Source: a virus (taxonomy: Duplodnaviria > Caudoviricetes). Taken from it: 64,000 nt of DNA. Location: positions 58,199 to 122,198 of IMG/VR virus record IMGVR_UViG_3300048693_000367; one strand, 5' to 3'. The position numbers were made by a program, and so were the translations under genes. The notes below the pieces were generated by a model. It did no database searches. It saw only the letters and a list, made by a program, of their open reading frames with translations, and was not told the origin of the DNA. Within the stretch, counting starts at the first letter, position 1. Each line of letters begins with the position of its first letter. Of this stretch, positions 19,641 to 29,293 are shown one piece after another.

Positions 19641-20906
19641 ATGTCAACCACAGAAAATACTATTTTTATTCAAATAGCTGCTTATAGAGATCCACAGCTT
19701 TTACCAACCTTACAGGATGCGATAGATAAAGCTCGGTTTCCAGAAAATTTAAGATTCGGTATAGCGTGGCAGCATTGTGATAATGATGATTGGGACAAAT
19801 TAGATACCTATAAATTAGATTCAAGATTTAGAATTATAGATATAGACTATCGAGATAGCAAGGGTGTGTGTTGGGCTAGAAATTTAGTACAAAGTCTTTA
19901 TCAGGGAGAAACTTACACTTTACAACTAGATAGTCACCATAGATTTGTGGAAAACTGGGACACAACCCTAATAGAAATGCTAAATAATCTACAAAAAGAA
20001 GGATATCCAAAACCGTTGATTACAGCATATGTACCCAGTTTTGATCCAGACAACGATCCAGAAAAAAGAGTAATAGAACCCTGGAAAATGACATTCGATA
20101 GATTTATTCCAGAAGGTGCTGTGTTTACATTACCAGCATCATATAATCCACAAATTGATGATATTACTAAACCATTACCCGCAAGATTTTATAGTGCGCA
20201 TTTTGCTTTCAGCATAGGGGCCTTTGCAAAAGAAGTACAGCACGATCCAGAATACTATTTTCACGGAGAAGAAATAAATATTGCTGTGCGGGCTTTTACT
20301 CATGGATATGATTTATTTTATCCAAATACTATAGTATGCTGGCATGAATATACTCGCAAAGGACGAACCAAACAGTGGGATGATGATAAAAATTGGCCAG
20401 AAAAAAATAATCATTGTCATAGTCGTAATCGTAAATTATTTGGCATGGATGGAGAGGTGAAGGATATAGATTTTGGTAAATATGATTTTGGTTCTGTGAG
20501 ATCTCTAAAAGACTACGAAAAATATGCTGGGTTGTGTTTTAGTCAAAGGTGTGTTACTCAAGACGTTATTGATCACAAACCACCACAGATTAAAAATATA
20601 CTATTATCTGATAAAGAATTTGAAGAAAGTTTAATTCCAATATTTAAACATTGTATTGATATATCCTATGCTCAAGTTCCAGAAAAGGACTATGACTTCT
20701 GGTGTGTTGCTTTTAAAGATAAGGACGGAAACGATATTAATAGACAAGATGCAGATGAGTCAGAAATAACAAAAATGATGCAGGATCCGGATGGGTATTG
20801 TAAAGTATGGAGAATTTTTGAAACTAAGATTAAACCACATAGCTGGATAGTATGGCCTCATAGTAAATCAAAGGGTTGGGCGGATCCTATTGCTGGGAAT
20901 ATATGA
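19641..20906 (+). CDS. GT60-like polypeptide/hydroxyproline N-acetylglucosaminyltransferase
   Basis: TIFIQIAAYRD; GVCWAR; LQLDSHHRF..WD; GEE....RAFTHGYD; H.Y. Confidence 0.8.
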   Translation: MSTTENTIFIQIAAYRDPQLLPTLQDAIDKARFPENLRFGIAWQHCDNDDWDKLDTYKLDSRFRIIDIDYRDSKGVCWARNLVQSLYQGETYTLQLDSHHRFVENWDTTLIEMLNNLQKEGYPKPLITAYVPSFDPDNDPEKRVIEPWKMTFDRFIPEGAVFTLPASYNPQIDDITKPLPARFYSAHFAFSIGAFAKEVQHDPEYYFHGEEINIAVRAFTHGYDLFYPNTIVCWHEYTRKGRTKQWDDDKNWPEKNNHCHSRNRKLFGMDGEVKDIDFGKYDFGSVRSLKDYEKYAGLCFSQRCVTQDVIDHKPPQIKNILLSDKEFEESLIPIFKHCIDISYAQVPEKDYDFWCVAFKDKDGNDINRQDADESEITKMMQDPDGYCKVWRIFETKIKPHSWIVWPHSKSKGWADPIAGNI

Positions 20907-21889
20907 GATTGATTATCAGACACTTATTTAGAGATTTAGGTAACTATTATGTTACTGCATTTTTAAATAGTTTATATTCTAAACTATGTATTAAATACCC
21001 AAACTATACATTTGATATTCAAAACGATAAACTATATGAAAATAATGGCTATGGTAGTATTTATAGCTGTATGAATTTTTCGATTGTCAATCCTAAGACA
21101 GAAAAATATATATTAGTTTCGTTTTTTGATAATTGGAAATATCTATTTATGAAACATATGGGTTGGAGTCCAGATAAAATGACGCAATTTTTTTATTGTG
21201 GTGGTTTTAATTATATGGACTATTTTCATTGGAAACATTTACAAAAAGAAAACAAAGACGTATGTTTACCATATAATATAGAGACTGTTTATAAAAGTTT
21301 TTTTTATGGACCATATTATGCTAACCAAGACTCTGAGATAGATAAGATATATAATATTAATAATATTAAACGATCTATACCACAATTGTCTTTTCGTGGA
21401 TATATGTGGGATTTTAGAAAAGAGATGCTAGATAATTTAAATGATGAATCTATAACTATTATAGATAAAAACTCAACTAATAATAATCTAAACTATATTG
21501 AATACTTGCAAGATCTTACAAAATATAGATGCGCACTAAGTTTACCAGGAGGAACAGAAATTTGTAATAGAGATATTGAATGTTTTAGTATTGGTGTTCC
21601 AGTAATTAGACCCAATCTATGTATAAATTATCCAGACCCATTGATTGCTAATTATCATTATATTAGTTGTTATGATAATTGTAAATATTGGGACGGATAC
21701 CCCTCATACCTATCATACAAAGACTTTCAAGAATCTTTAAAAGATTGCTGGAGCAAAGTAAAGGACAACCTGGAATATTTGGAATTTATATCTAAAAATG
21801 CTAGAGAATGGTATCTAAAAAATTGTACCATCGAAAATAATATCAAATATATAATGTCTAAAATAGATCTGGGGGCTTTAAATGGTTAA
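20903..21889 (+). CDS. putative glycosyltransferase (GT-B C-terminal / exostosin-like)
   Basis: FRG; YLQDL...ALSLPGG...RDIECFSIGVPVI; I..NAREWY. Confidence 0.55.
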   Translation: MRLIIRHLFRDLGNYYVTAFLNSLYSKLCIKYPNYTFDIQNDKLYENNGYGSIYSCMNFSIVNPKTEKYILVSFFDNWKYLFMKHMGWSPDKMTQFFYCGGFNYMDYFHWKHLQKENKDVCLPYNIETVYKSFFYGPYYANQDSEIDKIYNINNIKRSIPQLSFRGYMWDFRKEMLDNLNDESITIIDKNSTNNNLNYIEYLQDLTKYRCALSLPGGTEICNRDIECFSIGVPVIRPNLCINYPDPLIANYHYISCYDNCKYWDGYPSYLSYKDFQESLKDCWSKVKDNLEYLEFISKNAREWYLKNCTIENNIKYIMSKIDLGALNG

Positions 21890-22493
21890 TGGTGGTTTTG
21901 CATATGGCTACTTATTTATGAGTCAACATCCAGATACCCAAAAAATTTTTACAGATTTATTTGATGTGGTAAGACCATGCAGAGTATTGGAAATTGGTAC
22001 GTTTCATGGTGGTCTAACATTGATGCTCAGAGACTGTTTAGATAATATGGGTTTGTCCGGCTCGGTTATTAGAACCTACGATGTTTTGGAGCAAGAATTT
22101 TTAAAACCGTTGGTTAAAGACAGATTGGTGGAAGTTTATACAAAAAATCTATTTAATGATAGTTATGCTGGTTTTATAAACAAAGAAGCCGAGAATGAAG
22201 TAGAATCTTTTATTCAGCAAGACGGTACTACGATAGTTCTTTGCGATGGTGGGTGTAAAAAGTGCGAATATGGCATATTAGCACCACTGCTAAAAAATCA
22301 AGATATTATTATGGCACATGACTACTGTCCCAATCAAGACTATTTTAATAAATACATGAAAGATAAAATCTGGGACTGGTGTGAAATACAAGATGAAGAT
22401 ATTAAAGAGTTTAATAAAAAGTATAATTTAGTTCCGTTTTATCAAGACGAGCTGCTTTCGATAGCATGGAACTGTAGGATTAAAAAGATATAA
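21882..22493 (+). CDS. class I SAM-dependent methyltransferase (CmcI/Methyltransf_24-like)
   Basis: RVLEIGTFHGG; TYD; CDGG; IMAHD. Confidence 0.75.
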   Translation: MVNGGFAYGYLFMSQHPDTQKIFTDLFDVVRPCRVLEIGTFHGGLTLMLRDCLDNMGLSGSVIRTYDVLEQEFLKPLVKDRLVEVYTKNLFNDSYAGFINKEAENEVESFIQQDGTTIVLCDGGCKKCEYGILAPLLKNQDIIMAHDYCPNQDYFNKYMKDKIWDWCEIQDEDIKEFNKKYNLVPFYQDELLSIAWNCRIKKI

Positions 22494-22494
22494 A

Positions 22495-23184
22495 CTATAC
22501 ACACATAGAGTTTGTGGGCGTTACTGTTGGTGTTGTCGTTGGACTATTTGCGGGTGTACCAGTTAAGGTTTGTGTAGGTGTTTGAGTTTGTGTGCTTAAT
22601 GGAGTTTTAGTTTGTGTCGGTGTTCTTGGCGGAGTTTGTTGTGGAGTAGATGTGGGTGTGGACGATAATCCTGGGCTGGAAGGCGGAGTGTTTGTTGGTG
22701 TACTACTTACTGTTTGTGTTGGGGTTCTAGTTGGTGTTTTGGTTGGAGTATTAGTTTTAGTTGGAGTTGGGGTCTGACTTTTTGTTGCTGTTAAGCTAAC
22801 TGTAACGGTAGGCGTTCTGGTTGTTGTTGTTGTTGGAGTAATAGTTGGTGTTAATGTTGGCGTTGGCGTTGGACTTGATCCAATGCTTTTGCTTGGAGTA
22901 ATAGTTGGAGTAGGGGTCATTGTCTGAGATATGGCTGGTGTTGTGGTATTAGATGGTGAAACTACAGGCGTATTAACCGGGGTCTCAGCAATAAAATATG
23001 GTGTTGTCCAATAACTATAACCCTGAGCAGATTGAGTAAGGGCTGGTGTGTTAGTTGGTGTTGCTGTTAGTGAGTTGGTAATTGTTGGCGAAGGAGTAGC
23101 GGTTCTTGTAACACTAGCTGTTGGTGCTGGTGTATTAGTGGCAGTTTGGGTTGGGGTTGGTGTTGGAGACAAACATATGGTCAT
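22495..23184 (-). CDS. Thr/Pro/Ser-rich mucin-like protein
   Basis: almost entirely TPT/SPT repeats; last gene of the late operon. Confidence 0.75.
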   Translation of the reverse strand: MTICLSPTPTPTQTATNTPAPTASVTRTATPSPTITNSLTATPTNTPALTQSAQGYSYWTTPYFIAETPVNTPVVSPSNTTTPAISQTMTPTPTITPSKSIGSSPTPTPTLTPTITPTTTTTRTPTVTVSLTATKSQTPTPTKTNTPTKTPTRTPTQTVSSTPTNTPPSSPGLSSTPTSTPQQTPPRTPTQTKTPLSTQTQTPTQTLTGTPANSPTTTPTVTPTNSMCV

Positions 23185-23200
23185 ATTCTATTATTCCTTA

Positions 23201-25858
23201 TTATTTTAGTTTTTCCATTTTTATTGCCATAGCCGGTCCTGCGCAATTTGCTGATAGTTTAAGCTTATTTTTAACAGCAACAACTGATCCATTTCTAATA
23301 CCATCATCACAATATTCAATTCCAGCAGCATATTCTACTATCAAATTACCTTCAGTTTCATCTATAGGACTATAAACACCATATATTATTGGTGTTATTG
23401 GATCAGGACGTCTTTCTAAGACAATATATTTTTCTGTAGAGGTGTCAAAATATGCATAAACTAATTCTCCGACCTGATGCTTTCTACCCAATCTATCTAC
23501 TACATTAATCATTACGGGCGCTCCTCGTTCTGGCTCTTCAGTTGATATTGTAGGACTCGGACTGGGTGTGGGTGTGGGTGTTGGTGTGGGGGTTGTGGTC
23601 GCAGTAGGTGTTGGTGTAGGTGTTCCGGTTGGTGTTGGTGTTGGTGTAGGTGTCTCGGTTTGTGTGGGTGTGGGTGTTGGTGTGACACCACACTCTATAG
23701 TTCCTATGGTTGTAGAGCCAGAACTAATTATTTCAGCAATTTGAATTACAGCATATGTAAATACTAATCCACCACCAGACAGAGTTACTCCAGTAATAAC
23801 ACTTGTCGTTAGTGGTGGTGTTGGAGATGGCGTTGGTGTTACTGATGGAACTGTGCACGGACATTCTGCTGCGGAATTATATGGTCCACTAACAGCATTT
23901 TCTGCTCCACGAAACAATGGATCATCTGTACTTTCGCATATAAATGTCATATTACCAAGTTCATCGCTGCCATTGGTAAAACAATACCATTTTATATTGT
24001 CTGATGTGCATGGTGTTATATTGACTAATATCCACTCATATTCTTTTTTATTTAAGCCGTCTTCACAATTTTGAATATCTCCATAATCTGGATTAATCTT
24101 AACTCCTTCTTTATCAAAGATAGGCTTGCCGTACGGAACTACAACAGCCTTGCCTTCGCTATAACAAAGAACGGGTTCTGTAATTTTTGCAACAACAATT
24201 TTATAAGACTGAGGACTAACCCACAATCCTCTTTCTCTATCAAATCGTAAATCTATTGGTGCGGCTGGCCAGCTGGCTGGTTTTTTTAACCAGTCTTGTA
24301 AAAATTCATCCTTTAAATATGTATTCTTAAATATACCCTGTTTAGCAGCTTCTTCTGTGTCTGAGGCATTTGGTACTGGTTTTCCATCTAGATCATAACC
24401 CCAACTATGTAATACTATTGGTCCTCTCATTGCAATAAAACGATAGTCATCGGCATATTTATCATTATCATCAGGTCTATACATATTAATAATAATACCG
24501 CTATTTGGAACTTGATCGCCCTTACCAAGAATATCAATAGCATGACCAGCGCCCGGACCGTTATGATGATGTTCATCGGAATCAAAACTATTCGTTAATG
24601 GATTAACATATTGCTGAGTAATTTCTAAATTATACTCATTATGAGTCATTGATAAATTGCATTGGCCGGATAGTGAAAATGGTGGCTGTGGAGAAATTGG
24701 TGATGATTTATGTCCTTCTGGATTAAACTTTGCATATCTTGGCAATCCACCGTCGCCATTTAAAGATACTGGTCCGATTAAACCATCCCAACTCATATAT
24801 GCTTTTTTGTCATAGTCAAACGTCATTTCATTAACGCTTCTATTTAAGCTGTTTGTTCCAACCACTGTTCTTTGGCTCTGGTTGTTTTCTGCTCCATCCC
24901 AATCATACATTTCAGCCACCAAAATTCTTTGTAGCGAAGATTCTGTATTATTACCAGGAAGAGTGTTTGGTGAAGATGGTGTTCTTTTTGTATTTTGTAT
25001 TTTGCGACCAATCTTATTTTGAACAATTTGAGATGTTCGTAAAAATTTTAGCTGTTCTTGTCTATTTTTTGATATATCTTTAAACTTATGTATAAAGTGT
25101 CTATTTAATGAACCGAATTTAGGTGTGTATGTTTTAAAATCATAGGTAGTAGTCACACCGCCAGAACCAAAAGTAAAACTAATATTTGTTAGATTAGGAC
25201 CAGCACCACCAACAGTTGTTCCTAAACTATCTAAATCTGGTAATCCTGGTATTGTAACACCACCGGTTTCTGCTCTATTTAGTCCTATAGCAGATGATTC
25301 TACGATTGATAGTCCAGCAGCATTCATGGCCGCTGTTGAACCAAAAACCCATGGACATAAATCTACATCAACGGCTACAGACGTGCCGCCAGCACTATTA
25401 CCAAAATTAGAAGATGCATATGGACCATACATCTTTACGTTGCTACGCATAGGTATTATAGCAGCAGACGGCATGACTGCTGCTGACTGATAGCCCATTT
25501 GATTGATGCTATGAGAATCAACTGAATTCTGAACTTCTTTTAACCACGATAAATCAGCTCCACATACTGTTTTTGGTTGAAAATTTCTAGAATTCTCTGA
25601 ATTAACATTGCTACCACTAGCATCTTGAGGTTGTAATCCAGTACTAGTAAAAAGCAAAGATCTAATTATGCTTTGATAATCCTCACAAATTGTTTGAAAA
25701 CACGCATCTCCAAATTTAACAACAACATTAGGAGTATTGTTCCAGATATAAATTTTTTCATCTACTTCCGCCTTCATCCATACGCTATCATTAGTGGCTA
25801 TAATTTCTTCGTCAGATAGTTTAGAAATATCAAGTTTTCCACAATCAATGCCAGCCAT
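23201..25858 (-). CDS. putative tail tip/baseplate protein with (TP)n linkers
   Basis: 885 aa, downstream of tape measure gene; long PTPTPT tract. Confidence 0.55.
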   Translation of the reverse strand: MAGIDCGKLDISKLSDEEIIATNDSVWMKAEVDEKIYIWNNTPNVVVKFGDACFQTICEDYQSIIRSLLFTSTGLQPQDASGSNVNSENSRNFQPKTVCGADLSWLKEVQNSVDSHSINQMGYQSAAVMPSAAIIPMRSNVKMYGPYASSNFGNSAGGTSVAVDVDLCPWVFGSTAAMNAAGLSIVESSAIGLNRAETGGVTIPGLPDLDSLGTTVGGAGPNLTNISFTFGSGGVTTTYDFKTYTPKFGSLNRHFIHKFKDISKNRQEQLKFLRTSQIVQNKIGRKIQNTKRTPSSPNTLPGNNTESSLQRILVAEMYDWDGAENNQSQRTVVGTNSLNRSVNEMTFDYDKKAYMSWDGLIGPVSLNGDGGLPRYAKFNPEGHKSSPISPQPPFSLSGQCNLSMTHNEYNLEITQQYVNPLTNSFDSDEHHHNGPGAGHAIDILGKGDQVPNSGIIINMYRPDDNDKYADDYRFIAMRGPIVLHSWGYDLDGKPVPNASDTEEAAKQGIFKNTYLKDEFLQDWLKKPASWPAAPIDLRFDRERGLWVSPQSYKIVVAKITEPVLCYSEGKAVVVPYGKPIFDKEGVKINPDYGDIQNCEDGLNKKEYEWILVNITPCTSDNIKWYCFTNGSDELGNMTFICESTDDPLFRGAENAVSGPYNSAAECPCTVPSVTPTPSPTPPLTTSVITGVTLSGGGLVFTYAVIQIAEIISSGSTTIGTIECGVTPTPTPTQTETPTPTPTPTGTPTPTPTATTTPTPTPTPTPSPSPTISTEEPERGAPVMINVVDRLGRKHQVGELVYAYFDTSTEKYIVLERRPDPITPIIYGVYSPIDETEGNLIVEYAAGIEYCDDGIRNGSVVAVKNKLKLSANCAGPAMAIKMEKLK

Positions 25859-25871
25859 ATTAGTGTCCTTC

Positions 25872-27455
25872 TTATGCTATTGGATTCGGTGGAGGATTAA
25901 TGTCGCCTTGAAAACCATAAAAGGATTGACCTTCGGTATCTGGACCGTATGGTACACTACCGTCTATATTAAACAGCGCAAAACACGTTATCCTACCATC
26001 ATCCTCTCTGAATAATCCTAATTCGGGATCTGTTAAGCCCAATACAGAAATTCCCTCATCTACCCAACCACCAGCATTAGTAGGAACATCAGTAAATATT
26101 TTTTCTGCAACAGCAGAATCAGGATTTTGATAATAACAAATTAATTGATTAAGTGGAGTAATAAATTGTTTACCATAAAAGGTGTCTCCAAGATTTTTTA
26201 TAAATGCCCATATCTTTTCCAGATCTTCTAACACTTCAGGTTTATTAGCTTCCATATTAGCGCGATTAGGCTGATTCATAGCGTCATTAACGCCACGAGG
26301 TTTTTGTATTTCTCCTTTTAGGGCTCTTTTTGCTTGATCGTCTACTACTTTTGGCCAGTTGTTTCTTATTGCTTCATTCAAAGTTCCAGCGCCACCTATT
26401 TGAGGATTCATAACTCTTTTTTTCCAAATATCTTGAGAAGCCATAGCAGCCCGAATATCTAGCTCATGAATAGTATATGGTCCATTAGTAGGAAAAGGAG
26501 TTGTTAGTGTTAAATTAAGAGTATCAATTGTTTTACTAATCCAAAAACCACACTCGTCATATTTATATGGTGTCACGGGGACATAAGTTCCACCTATAAA
26601 ATCTTCACCAAAAAAGTGATTAAATTTAGTAACTTTACTTAGATAGTGTTGTTTTTCTCCAAACAATACGCTTTTTGTGGTTTCATTTCTCAGTTCTTGT
26701 CCATATGAGATGTCTGTAGCAATTCCATCATATGCTGATATAATATTAGCAAAACTACCAGGTTGAGATCTTAAGTTTATTAATCCAATAGTAATAATAT
26801 TTCCAGAAACCAACGAAACAAAAAACTCATAACCTAAAACATCACAAACGTCTTGTAATATCTGTAATAAGCTAATTGATGGTCCAGCAACCCTATAATA
26901 TTCTGGTAAGCCCTGCGGAAAAGACGAAAAATCAATAGTATATTGATATCCTGTTGGAGAATAAATAGTTGGGTTCATACCAGTAAGAGCTTGAACAATT
27001 TTTTGATATGGCATACCCTTCTCGTTACCACGAGACGATCCAAAAACATTACAGTTTCCCTGTAATACTTGACTCTCATAATATGCATAAGCATTAAAAT
27101 AATTAATAGCTTGTACAGGATTACCTAGATATGAATCTACTATCACTACTGTATTCTCTAGAAGTTGTCTTGGATCAACAATCTTTGCATTATAGGTACG
27201 TCCAGAACTACCTTGACTATAAGACCATCCTGTGAGAACGCCTCCAAAACTAAAGTCTCCGGCTTGTAAATAAACTGGGGCGCCAACTATTACGCTACCA
27301 TCTTTTGGTAAAAAATAATCTGGTGGACTAGCCTCACAATCTTCCACAAGATCAACATTGAGACTACTCTCTGTTGCTCCTAATCCCAGAGAGGAATTAA
27401 AAGACACTACTGTGGCTCCTAAAAATTTTATTGGCTGAGTAATGATATCTGACAT
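25872..27455 (-). CDS. putative tail/baseplate hub protein
   Basis: position after the TMP-distal genes; beta-rich. Confidence 0.5.
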   Translation of the reverse strand: MSDIITQPIKFLGATVVSFNSSLGLGATESSLNVDLVEDCEASPPDYFLPKDGSVIVGAPVYLQAGDFSFGGVLTGWSYSQGSSGRTYNAKIVDPRQLLENTVVIVDSYLGNPVQAINYFNAYAYYESQVLQGNCNVFGSSRGNEKGMPYQKIVQALTGMNPTIYSPTGYQYTIDFSSFPQGLPEYYRVAGPSISLLQILQDVCDVLGYEFFVSLVSGNIITIGLINLRSQPGSFANIISAYDGIATDISYGQELRNETTKSVLFGEKQHYLSKVTKFNHFFGEDFIGGTYVPVTPYKYDECGFWISKTIDTLNLTLTTPFPTNGPYTIHELDIRAAMASQDIWKKRVMNPQIGGAGTLNEAIRNNWPKVVDDQAKRALKGEIQKPRGVNDAMNQPNRANMEANKPEVLEDLEKIWAFIKNLGDTFYGKQFITPLNQLICYYQNPDSAVAEKIFTDVPTNAGGWVDEGISVLGLTDPELGLFREDDGRITCFALFNIDGSVPYGPDTEGQSFYGFQGDINPPPNPIA

Positions 27456-27464
27456 ATTAATTCC

Positions 27465-29291
27465 TTAAGAGCATCCTGATGTGCCACAAATATATGTTAA
27501 GTTAACAGTAAAAGTTCCATCTATTGGATTTTTAGTATATTGTTGTTGTGTTAAAATGTGGTTGTCACCAACGTTAGGTAATGGTATGGGCAAGTATCCT
27601 GTTGAAAAACATCCTGGGTTAGCATTAGCAAGTTCCGTAGCCAAAGATAGCGTGGTTGGTTGTCCAGTTTCGCTCTCATCTCTTCCTGATATTGTAACAG
27701 ATACTGTTTTAGCAGTAAAAGTTCCCAGTTCTTGAATAATAGGGCAAGAACCACTATTTGGTCTATTAAATGTTGCGATAACTTTTGTTGGATTAGTTGT
27801 TTGAATACTAATTTCATTATATTTTTTGCCACAAGACGCATTACTACTATATTCTATAGAATAATTAATAGTACCCCCAATATAGTCGTGTGTCAAGTTA
27901 AAAGAAACGGGGTGAGGAGGATCTGGCACAGGATCATCCATAGATGGTGGTGCATCTAATTCGTCTGTTGTTAGGCCAATAGCGCTTTTAAATGCCGGTT
28001 TTAAATCTCTTTTACCTCCACTACCAATCCCACTATTATAATCACTACTATTATAAATTTTATCTAATACAATTTTAGCATTATCATATTTTGTTAATCC
28101 ACTACTATTAGATATTAAAAAAGAACCTTTCGATGGTAGTTGAAGAGGAATATTACTTTGTATAATACCACCCTCTATCATGCCTTCTAGAGTACCATTT
28201 ATACTAATATTAGTAATAGGAGTATCACCATCATAAGACTTATTAATACTTTTATTTACTGTATGTTTAACTCCATCTCCTGTCCAAAAATTGTGTCCTT
28301 TTGTTGTCATCACTACGGCATTGTATGTGGCCGAAAAAGTTCCATCAGATTCCGATGCTTCGCAACTTATAATTTCATTATATATTTTATAATTAGCATC
28401 GCCTAAATTAGATAATAAACCACCAGAACTACTACCAGGAATATTTATATTAGATAAATTATCGCTACTGGTACAACCGTTTGCGTATGTATTTTTTAAC
28501 ACGCCGTTTAACAAATTTGTCACTTGCTCGTATAGTCGATATTGTACAAAATTTTTAGCCTGTTCCCATGCTGGTAATAAGCTTGAGACTCCTGTTTCTT
28601 CATCTGTATAATCAAAAAAATGTTTGCCGGTTGCTGAGATTGAATATTGAATATTAAAACTATGATTGTTAATATTCATATTAGTACCCAAATCATTATT
28701 TTTTAGCATATCGTATGGTGTGGTATCATCAAAAGAAATATTCCAGCTATCTTCGAAATTTTTGATTTTAAATTTATTAATATCCACAATACCCGCAGTA
28801 CCGGGTGTGTGTGTTGTAGAATCAAGAAATAAAGACCCACAATCTTCTGTTGAGGATCCAAAATCTATTAAATTAAATTCGATTGTTGCTGTAAACGAGG
28901 CATAATCTCGCCAATTATTAGGAGATTCATCAAAACTTAATGATCTTAATAAGCCGCCTTTTGCTTTAAGAATAATATCTTCCGTATCACCATGAACCAC
29001 CTGTAATATATTACCATTTTGAGTTAGTATTTTACGAAGTTTATGAATATGATCAGCTACTGCGCCTAATCCGTATGGTTGGTTTGTGGGTATAGGATCT
29101 CCATAATTTAAATCTCTTAAATCTAATGCTGTTATAGTGCCTGTTAATGTAACAATATATGAATAACCAATAATTGTATCGTTACTATATTGATATTCTA
29201 GGCGAATAGACATATCCGGTGCTGGTACTAGTCTATGATCAGCATCTATTGGGCCATAGTACATTTTTACATCTGGTGAATAAGTACTCAT
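27465..29291 (-). CDS. putative tail protein (paralog of 29294..31024)
   Basis: shared motifs PAP/YSND..IGY/SATGK/PAW.QAK.FVQ.RL/YNE.I.C.ASES.G.FS/PIIQ.L/IDG.F. Confidence 0.6.
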   Translation of the reverse strand: MSTYSPDVKMYYGPIDADHRLVPAPDMSIRLEYQYSNDTIIGYSYIVTLTGTITALDLRDLNYGDPIPTNQPYGLGAVADHIHKLRKILTQNGNILQVVHGDTEDIILKAKGGLLRSLSFDESPNNWRDYASFTATIEFNLIDFGSSTEDCGSLFLDSTTHTPGTAGIVDINKFKIKNFEDSWNISFDDTTPYDMLKNNDLGTNMNINNHSFNIQYSISATGKHFFDYTDEETGVSSLLPAWEQAKNFVQYRLYEQVTNLLNGVLKNTYANGCTSSDNLSNINIPGSSSGGLLSNLGDANYKIYNEIISCEASESDGTFSATYNAVVMTTKGHNFWTGDGVKHTVNKSINKSYDGDTPITNISINGTLEGMIEGGIIQSNIPLQLPSKGSFLISNSSGLTKYDNAKIVLDKIYNSSDYNSGIGSGGKRDLKPAFKSAIGLTTDELDAPPSMDDPVPDPPHPVSFNLTHDYIGGTINYSIEYSSNASCGKKYNEISIQTTNPTKVIATFNRPNSGSCPIIQELGTFTAKTVSVTISGRDESETGQPTTLSLATELANANPGCFSTGYLPIPLPNVGDNHILTQQQYTKNPIDGTFTVNLTYICGTSGCS

Positions 29292-29293
29292 AT

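Noticed and set aside
22495-23830. GT-rich simple repeats as non-coding microsatellite or telomere-like DNA
   Set aside because: Explained by Thr/Pro codons on the minus strand.
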